From an uncultured Chloroflexota bacterium (lineage in GTDB: Bacteria > Chloroflexota > Dehalococcoidia > Lucifugimonadales > UBA826): a stretch of 32,000 nucleotides of DNA. The translations under genes and the position numbers were made by a program. Under the pieces are notes generated by a model. The model was not told the origin of the DNA, made no database searches, and worked only from the letters and a program-made list of their open reading frames with translations. Where the stretch lies: assembly GCA_913045625.1 (NCBI GenBank), contig CAJWPE010000010.1, positions 1 through 32,000 of the forward strand. Direction: 5' to 3'. Within the stretch, counting starts at the first letter, position 1, and the number at the start of each line of letters is the position of its first letter. Shown piece by piece: positions 26,022-32,000 of this stretch.

Positions 26022-27260
26022 ATGAATAAAACAAATCAAATTTGGAAAAATCCTAAGATTTGGACTTTAGCAATTGCAGAAACTTTAGTGTGGTCGGGAC
26101 AATTTTATCTTTTCCCTGCATTGTTATTGGAATGGAATCAATCTTTTGAATGGTCTGTAGCACTAATTTCTGGAGCTTTTTCATTATCGCTTTTAGCATC
26201 TGCATTCTTTAGCATTTTTGTAGGGCGAATTATAGATAGGGGTAAAGGTAGAATTCTAATGACCTTCTCAGCTTTAATTGGGGGATTGGTTTTGATTTTT
26301 CTATCACAAATTCAATCGATTGGTTTATTTTATTTATCCTGGTTTCTTTTAGGACTTACTACTTCTGGTTGTTTGTACCCAGCATGTTTTTCTTATTTGA
26401 CTAACGTTTATAAAGATGATGCTAAGAGACCAATAATGTTAGTCACTTTGTTGGGAGGTTTTGCTGGAACAATTTGTTATCCCATAACTAGTTATTATGT
26501 TGGATTATTTGATTGGCAATTTGCTGTGATATTTTGGGGACTAGTTAATATCTTTATATGTGCACCATTATTTAAATACTCTAATTTAGAAAAAACATTT
26601 CAGATTCACAAAAATGTTACTAAAAACGAAAAACTGAACCGAACAGATATGTTGACGTTTTTTAAAAATCCAATTTTTATTTTGATAGCTATATCATTTA
26701 CTCTAGTTGCTACAAATAATGGAATGGTGGTAAGTCAAATCTTCCCTTCTTTAGAAAGTAGAGGCTTTTCCATAGTTCTTACGGTATTCTTTGCATCTCT
26801 TTTTGGACCAGCGCAAGTAGCTTCAAGATTATTAGTGTTTATATTAGATTCATTTGATCGTACTAAGATTTCTGTTTCAATTTTATTTCCTGTAGCTTTA
26901 TTTATTATGGGATTCGCAAGTATTTTATTCATGATCGGTAAGGGTAATTTCGTTTTGATATTTTTGTTTGTAGTTATTCAAGGTGGTGCTTGGGGATTAA
27001 TGTCATTTATGACACCAGAAGTTACATGGAAATTTTTAGGATTTAAAAATTTCGCACTTATACTCGCTTTGGTGAGTTTCGGAGGAAAAATTGGAGCTGC
27101 TTTTGCGCCTCTATTAGCAGGATTTTTAGGTCAATATTTTGGTTACAATATTTTGATGTTAGTTACAGGATTATTAGTAATAATTGCGGGAGTGAGTTTT
27201 TTGATAGTTCTTTTAATTACTAATTATTCAAATCGTATTCTTGGATCAAAAATCGCATAA
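26022..27260 (+). CDS. MFS transporter
   Basis: About 12 TM segments with MFS motif A GRIIDRGKGR between TM2 and TM3. ATG 26022 is preferred over TTG 26010. The 3' end overlaps the convergent permease gene by 37 nt. Confidence 0.85.
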   Translation: MNKTNQIWKNPKIWTLAIAETLVWSGQFYLFPALLLEWNQSFEWSVALISGAFSLSLLASAFFSIFVGRIIDRGKGRILMTFSALIGGLVLIFLSQIQSIGLFYLSWFLLGLTTSGCLYPACFSYLTNVYKDDAKRPIMLVTLLGGFAGTICYPITSYYVGLFDWQFAVIFWGLVNIFICAPLFKYSNLEKTFQIHKNVTKNEKLNRTDMLTFFKNPIFILIAISFTLVATNNGMVVSQIFPSLESRGFSIVLTVFFASLFGPAQVASRLLVFILDSFDRTKISVSILFPVALFIMGFASILFMIGKGNFVLIFLFVVIQGGAWGLMSFMTPEVTWKFLGFKNFALILALVSFGGKIGAAFAPLLAGFLGQYFGYNILMLVTGLLVIIAGVSFLIVLLITNYSNRILGSKIA

Positions 27261-28180
27261 GTCACATCTATAAATAAATTGATGAAAGTCCATATGATTC
27301 CATAAATTAATATTAGATTTTGGGCCATCAAAGTATCTCTTTCAGCTATAGCACTAACTAGTAAACTACCTAGCCCTCTAATTCCCATAGCGCTTTCTAC
27401 AGCTATAGATCCACCAAGAAGAAATCCGAAAATTACACCTGAATATGTGATTGTTGGGATCATTGCATTTCTTATCGCATGTCTTGAAACAACAGTACTT
27501 TGGTCTAATCCCTTAGCTCTGGCTGTTCTGATGTAATCTTCTGACATGACTTCGAGGACAGTTGCTCTCAGCATCCTAGCTAATGGAGCTGCAGCTCCTA
27601 ATGCTATTATTACACTAGGTCTCCATATAATACTAAGATTTTGTAATGGGTCTTCCCATAATTGGATTGTCCAGGAAGGAGGGTGGTATCGAAATACTAA
27701 GACTGAAAATACTACTACTAACATTCCTAACCAGAAATTAGGAACAGCAAGGAAAAATATAGTAGCTAGTCTGGAAATATGGTCCATGAAAGAATTTTTA
27801 TATAGGGCGCTTGTTAACCCTACTGGAATGGCTATAACCCATGAAAGTATTGTAGCTAAAATAGCAATTTCAATAGAAGTAGGAGCTCGGTGAGCTAACA
27901 TTTCACCCACAGTCATAGTTCTAAAAAAAGATTTACCCATATCACCAGTTAACACGCCACCTATCCATCGGAAATATTGCACATATAGAGGGTCGCCTAA
28001 TCCTAACTCTCTAATTATATTGGCGCGTTGTTTTTCAGTTAGTGCAGAAACTTCTCCAGGGCCATAAAAAGACGTTAATGGGTCGCCAGGTATTACCCTC
28101 ATTGCTAAGAAGATAATAAGAGTAATCGCTATAACAGTTGGGATTGAGTAAAGTAGCCTTCTAAGTAAATATTTAGTCAT
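27224..28180 (-). CDS. ABC peptide/opine-type importer permease, DppB/OppB family (copy B', 318 aa)
   Basis: MTKYLLRRLL..IPGDP N-terminus, EAA-region SEDYIRTARAKGL, and C-terminal DPRIRFE. By eye it is about three-quarters identical and gap-free to the copy at 29091-30047. Confidence 0.9.
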   Translation of the reverse strand: MTKYLLRRLLYSIPTVIAITLIIFLAMRVIPGDPLTSFYGPGEVSALTEKQRANIIRELGLGDPLYVQYFRWIGGVLTGDMGKSFFRTMTVGEMLAHRAPTSIEIAILATILSWVIAIPVGLTSALYKNSFMDHISRLATIFFLAVPNFWLGMLVVVFSVLVFRYHPPSWTIQLWEDPLQNLSIIWRPSVIIALGAAAPLARMLRATVLEVMSEDYIRTARAKGLDQSTVVSRHAIRNAMIPTITYSGVIFGFLLGGSIAVESAMGIRGLGSLLVSAIAERDTLMAQNLILIYGIIWTFINLFIDVTYAIFDPRIRFE

Positions 28181-28197
28181 TAAATTTACTTAGGATT

Positions 28198-29088
28198 TTA
28201 TAGACCTCTTCCTCTTAAGCGTGGGTCCATTTCATCTCTCAATGCATCTCCTAACAGGTTAAAAGCCAATACTGTGATTGTTATTGAAACTCCAGGGAAT
28301 GTAACGAACCACCATAAAGGTTTAAATGAACCAGCATTTGCTAGAGCTAACATGTTACCCCATGTTGCTGCAGGAGCAGGAACTCCAGCTCCTAGGAATC
28401 CTAATGATGCTTCAATAAGAATAGCAACACCTAAGTGAGCTGTAGCTAGCACCATATATGGAGCAAAACATTGAGGAGCCACGTGTCTAAACATTATGCG
28501 CAGACTTGAAGCACCAGTAGCTTTTGCTGCTAGAACATAATCCATTTGAGAAATAGTTAATGCAGCTGATCTCATTACACGACCACTTAACGGTATACGC
28601 GTAATTGATATTGCAAAAACTACAGTCCAAAGATTCGCACTAAAAGCAGCAAGCATTAAAAGAGCCAAAATTAAATCAGGAAATGATTGGAGTATTTCTA
28701 ATAAACGTTGAATTATCAGGTCTGTTTTTCCACCTAGATAAGCACCCATAATTCCTAATGCTGAACCTACACTAGTACCAGCAGCAACCGAAACCATGGC
28801 TACAATAAGAGATCTTTTTGTTCCCATTATGATTCTACTGAATATGTCTCTACCAGTTTGGTCTGTTCCAAACCAATGATCCCCATTTGGAGGACCTGAC
28901 ATATATGTGTAATCACCCTGAGTTTCTGACCAACCAGTAAGTAATGATATATCGCCGTTTTTACCGTCACCTACTAGCAGATCAGATGTGATTGCTACAA
29001 ATAGTAAGAAAATAACTACAATCAATGAAACTCCACCAAGTGGGTTTCTTTTGAAAAATCCTTTTAGATTTTGCAATATATCAGCCAT
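28198..29088 (-). CDS. ABC importer permease, DppC/OppC family
   Basis: 296 aa with HWFGTDQTGRDIFSR N-terminal block, EAA-region YVLAAKATGAS and C-terminal LGDALRDEMDPRLR. Confidence 0.9.
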   Translation of the reverse strand: MADILQNLKGFFKRNPLGGVSLIVVIFLLFVAITSDLLVGDGKNGDISLLTGWSETQGDYTYMSGPPNGDHWFGTDQTGRDIFSRIIMGTKRSLIVAMVSVAAGTSVGSALGIMGAYLGGKTDLIIQRLLEILQSFPDLILALLMLAAFSANLWTVVFAISITRIPLSGRVMRSAALTISQMDYVLAAKATGASSLRIMFRHVAPQCFAPYMVLATAHLGVAILIEASLGFLGAGVPAPAATWGNMLALANAGSFKPLWWFVTFPGVSITITVLAFNLLGDALRDEMDPRLRGRGL

Positions 29089-29090
29089 TT

Positions 29091-30047
29091 TTATTCATAC
29101 CTTATTCGTGGGTCAAGCCATGCATATGTTAGATCCACAGCTACGTTAATAAATGTCCAAATTAATCCATATAATAGAACTAAATTTTGAACCACAATTA
29201 CATCTCTTTCAGTAATGGCAACAACAAGAATTTCTCCAAGTCCTCTAGCACCCATAGCTTGTTCTACTGCTACAGATCCTCCTAATAAGAATCCAAATAT
29301 GATTCCTGAATATGTGACTGTAGGTAAAATAGCATTTCTTATAGCATGCCTTGATACTACGGTAGTTTGAGAAAGTCCCTTTGACCTTGCAGTTCTAATG
29401 TAATCTTCAGACATGACTTCGAGAACAGTTGCTCTCATCATTCTTGCTAATGGTGCAGCAGCACCAAGAGCTAAAATAATTGCTGGTCTCCAAATAATCC
29501 CTAAGTTACCTAATGGGTCTTCCCATATTTGAATCACAAATGGTGCAGAGTGGTATTTGAATACTAAAACAAAGAATACAACAGTTAGCATAGCTAACCA
29601 AAAACTAGGAACTGCCAAGAAGAATATTGTGAAAAATCTTCCTACATAATCTAGTATGCTGTTTCGCCGTAAAGCGCTGATCAGTCCAACAGGTATTCCA
29701 ATTACCCAAGACAGGAGTGTAGCTAACAGAGCTATTTCAACTGAAATAGGAGCACGGTGAGCTAGGTATTCACCTACGGTCATAGTCCTAAAGAATGATT
29801 TACCTAAATCTCCTGTTACGACTCCTCCAACCCATCTGAAATATTGAACATATAAAGGATCAGAAAGACCCAGTTGGTCCATTATTGCTGCTCGTTGCTT
29901 AGGAGTCAAAGCAGAAACTTCGTCAGTTCCATAAAATGCAGTAAGTAAATCACCAGGTACTACTCGCATCACAATAAAAATGATCACAGTAATTGCTATG
30001 ATTGTAGGGACTGAATAAAGCAGTCGCCTTAATAAGTACTTTCCGAT
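29091..30047 (-). CDS. ABC importer permease, DppB/OppB family (copy B, 318 codons) with a non-canonical ATC at the homologous start position
   Basis: The ORF track begins at GTG 29987, but the frame is open up to stop TAG 30065-30063. It encodes (I)GKYLLRRLLYSVPTIIAITVIIF, collinear with the paralog's MTKYLLRRLLYSIPTVIAITLIIF. AGGAG (30059-30055) lies 7 nt upstream of ATC 30047-30045. There is no ATG/GTG/TTG between that stop and 29987. Confidence 0.7.
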   Translation of the reverse strand: MGKYLLRRLLYSVPTIIAITVIIFIVMRVVPGDLLTAFYGTDEVSALTPKQRAAIMDQLGLSDPLYVQYFRWVGGVVTGDLGKSFFRTMTVGEYLAHRAPISVEIALLATLLSWVIGIPVGLISALRRNSILDYVGRFFTIFFLAVPSFWLAMLTVVFFVLVFKYHSAPFVIQIWEDPLGNLGIIWRPAIILALGAAAPLARMMRATVLEVMSEDYIRTARSKGLSQTTVVSRHAIRNAILPTVTYSGIIFGFLLGGSVAVEQAMGARGLGEILVVAITERDVIVVQNLVLLYGLIWTFINVAVDLTYAWLDPRIRYE

Positions 30048-30141
30048 TGTAGGTCTCCTATTCTAGATCTTTGTAACAATCAACACACAGAAACTCCTGA
30101 GATTCAGGAATTTTTGTTTATTGATTCTTGCTTTTTCTATA

Positions 30142-30172
30142 AGAGAGGTGAGCCATAACAGCCCACCTCTCT
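30142..30172 (-). promoter_or_regulatory. Intercistronic stem-loop between the SBP gene and the first permease gene
   Basis: agagaggtg (30142-30150) and cacctctct (30164-30172) form a 9-bp perfect stem with a 13-nt loop, 35 nt downstream of the SBP stop on the transcript. No U-tract follows, so it looks like an mRNA-stabilising or partial-attenuation element rather than a full terminator. Confidence 0.45.
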
Positions 30173-30206
30173 AATTTCTACTGTAGGTTAACAATAGTTA
30201 GGGGGT

Positions 30207-31988
30207 TTATTTGTCAAACCACCAAGTACCACGTCTTTCAGCGTTGTACAAACCTTGCATACCAGGGAAGTCATATCCCTTGATGTAGCTTTGGTAGCCA
30301 TCAACAAAGTCTTCCCATAGTAATGGAGACAAAGGCATATATGTATCAAGGTGCAAATCCATTTCTTGAGTCAAAGCTAATCGCTTTGCTGGATCTAGTT
30401 CTGCGTCAATTTGATCAATTAAGCTATCTGTCTTTGGGTCTCCCATTTTACTGAAGTTAGTTTTTCCTTCTGAATGGTACCAAGGTCGAGCATATGCTGA
30501 AGGATCAGCGAATGCATAAACTAGAGGTCCCATACTGATGTCGAAGTCACCTTCTTCAGTCTTTTCAATCCAAATTGAGTATTCTACTTCTTCTTGTGAA
30601 ACTTTGAAGTGAGGAGAAGCATCAACTTGAGCAGCTGTAATGTCACCCATTACTTTCTGCCATCCATTGTTAGTGTGTAAAACTCTAACTGGAGTTTCTT
30701 CAGCAATTCCTGCAGCAGCTAACATTTCATTAGCTTTTGCAATTTCTGCATCTTTCTCAGGTCCTGTTGGAGCCATACCAGGTCGTTTTCGAGCATCCTC
30801 AATAGGAAGCGCGTATTGGCTGAAGTATGGGCTGAAACCGAATCCTGCGAAGAAAGGCCTTGTGTCCTTTGTAGCTTTAACGAAAGAATCTCTATCAAAT
30901 AACATATTTGTAGCTTTTCTAACTTCAGCATCCTTGAAAATACTTCCATCTGTGAATGTGTTATACCACATCGCAATGATAGTAGTTTGAGGGAATCTGA
31001 CAGGAACAATTCCTTCTGGGGCATCTTGTACCCACTCATAGTAACTCTGAGGGTCGATTCCTCTAGCATAGTCAAACTGACCAGTTAGTAGTCCAGCAAC
31101 TCTCTGTTGAGCACCAGCACTTCCAGACATGTGGTAAACATTTACACCATCAAGATATGGAAGATTTGTGTTCCAGTAGTCAACGAACTTTTCTGATTCC
31201 CACTTTTCACCGTCTACGTGACCAGTATATTTAAATGGTCCTGTACCAGGATAGTCTGGGGACTCTTTCAAGTCATCGTTTCTTTCTTTAAGAGTGTCTT
31301 CACTAACAATTACGTTGAATCCACTTGCCAAAGCCTGTAAGAAATAACCGCCTGAAACACCACGTTTCATGCTGAAATTAAGAGTGTTGGCATCTGGAGC
31401 AGTGATTGACTCAACTGCTGTGAATAGTCCTTGACGTCGGCTATTAACATTTTCCGCTGGGAAAATAATTCTGTTATATGTAGCCAAAGCATCTGCAGAA
31501 TCAAAGTCAGATCCGTCGTGGAATTTAACGCCTTGCCTTAAAGCGAAAGACCATTCTGTTCCATCTGAGTTAGATTCCCAAGACTCGGCAAGACCACCGT
31601 TAATAATAGCTCGGTCAAAGTCCAACGGGTCATTCATAACCAATAGGTCAAACAGTGGACACTGAGGTGTACAGTTATTTGTTGTTCCTGACTGGTGCAT
31701 GTCATAGTGTGGTGGCTTTGCTACCCAAGCGTAATCTAGGGTACCTCCATTCTTAGCATTAGCTTCAGGAGCTTTCAATAGGTCTGCTGCTTGAGCACCA
31801 ATTTTTGCTTCGTTAGCTGTTGCTGTAGGAGGAGTAGGGGTTGGCTCAGCTGCGACAGCTGCCGCACCAGTTGCTGGAGCTGGAGCTGCAGATGAAGCTT
31901 CTTCATCATCAGATCCACAGGCAACTGCAAAGATTGCAAGGCTAGCAATCAAGCTGAAGGCCAATAGTTTAGATACTTTCGTATACAT
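30207..31988 (-). CDS. Lipoprotein substrate-binding protein, family 5 (Opp/Dpp/Nik-type)
   Basis: 593 aa with signal peptide plus lipobox-like FAVAC/G and an Ala/Pro/Thr-rich linker. The large family-5 SBP body ends in a typical ..GTWWFDK. SD AAGGAG upstream of ATG 31988. Confidence 0.9.
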   Translation of the reverse strand: MYTKVSKLLAFSLIASLAIFAVACGSDDEEASSAAPAPATGAAAVAAEPTPTPPTATANEAKIGAQAADLLKAPEANAKNGGTLDYAWVAKPPHYDMHQSGTTNNCTPQCPLFDLLVMNDPLDFDRAIINGGLAESWESNSDGTEWSFALRQGVKFHDGSDFDSADALATYNRIIFPAENVNSRRQGLFTAVESITAPDANTLNFSMKRGVSGGYFLQALASGFNVIVSEDTLKERNDDLKESPDYPGTGPFKYTGHVDGEKWESEKFVDYWNTNLPYLDGVNVYHMSGSAGAQQRVAGLLTGQFDYARGIDPQSYYEWVQDAPEGIVPVRFPQTTIIAMWYNTFTDGSIFKDAEVRKATNMLFDRDSFVKATKDTRPFFAGFGFSPYFSQYALPIEDARKRPGMAPTGPEKDAEIAKANEMLAAAGIAEETPVRVLHTNNGWQKVMGDITAAQVDASPHFKVSQEEVEYSIWIEKTEEGDFDISMGPLVYAFADPSAYARPWYHSEGKTNFSKMGDPKTDSLIDQIDAELDPAKRLALTQEMDLHLDTYMPLSPLLWEDFVDGYQSYIKGYDFPGMQGLYNAERRGTWWFDK

Positions 31989-32000
31989 ATATTCTCCTTT

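Noticed and set aside
1310-31075. About 25 further 60-145-aa track ORFs lying antisense or out of frame inside longer genes. Examples: 1310-1510, 1899-2099, 2216-2410, 3039-3221, 4603-4854, 5134-5322, 6595-6819, 9034-9285, 10042-10785, 12650-13087, 13317-13574, 14874-15095, 15461-15697, 18496-18717, 19548-19739, 20311-20535, 22092-22524, 26735-26932, 27546-27893, 30640-30990, 30719-31075.
   Set aside because: Each is fully nested in a longer ORF that has clear family motifs. Their translations are low-complexity or unfamiliar, and none has a convincing SD. They are typical shadow ORFs.
1-32000. Scan for CRISPR arrays, IS elements or terminal inverted repeats, integrases, toxin-antitoxin pairs and defence-system hallmarks
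   Set aside because: No spaced direct-repeat array and no transposase, recombinase, nuclease or NTPase-like ORFs were seen. The only perfect direct repeat found is the 24-bp duplication inside acr3.

Overview
AT-rich (about 32-38% G+C in hand-counted coding lines), very gene-dense bacterial chromosomal window. I call 30 protein genes, one low-confidence 43-codon ORF, one tRNA-Arg(CCU) and one cobalamin riboswitch. I found no rRNA, CRISPR array, transposase, integrase or recognisable transcription factor. Left to right: recO (3' part); a minus-strand acr3 + type II haloacid dehalogenase pair; a B12-riboswitch-controlled BtuC/F/D-type ABC importer; two tandem enolase-superfamily (galactonate-dehydratase-like) paralogs; tRNA-Arg followed by an unexplained ~490-bp GC-enriched non-coding gap; a 657-aa uncharacterised alpha/beta-hydrolase-like gene; a 91-aa ORF plus a bona fide oxalyl-CoA decarboxylase (oxc) with no formyl-CoA transferase nearby; a minus-strand nhaA / serine hydrolase / F420-type LLM oxidoreductase string; two tandem EamA/DMT permeases; CPD photolyase; a NicO-type Ni/Co transporter with a His-rich loop; a divergent cluster of SDR + PHP-type amidohydrolase versus HpcH-type aldolase + acidic 171-aa unknown + hemerythrin-like protein; an Eis-like GNAT; an MFS transporter; and an Opp/Dpp-type operon ordered SBP-permeaseB-permeaseC-permeaseB' with no ATPase genes. 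I see no clear novel multi-gene system such as a defence island. The items most worth follow-up are the tRNA-adjacent GC-rich gap with hairpins and a small basic ORF, the ATPase-less A-B-C-B' operon whose first permease has ATC at the homologous start position, the aldolase/unknown/hemerythrin operon, a perfect 24-bp in-frame tandem duplication inside acr3, and the compact class-II-like B12 riboswitch. Lineage guess, low confidence: a streamlined marine monoderm-like bacterium, possibly actinobacterial. This rests on the F420-type LLM enzyme, the Eis-like GNAT, lipoprotein SBPs with Pro/Ala linkers and strong GGAGG Shine-Dalgarno sites. All calls come from reading the sequence and remembered family motifs; no database search was run.
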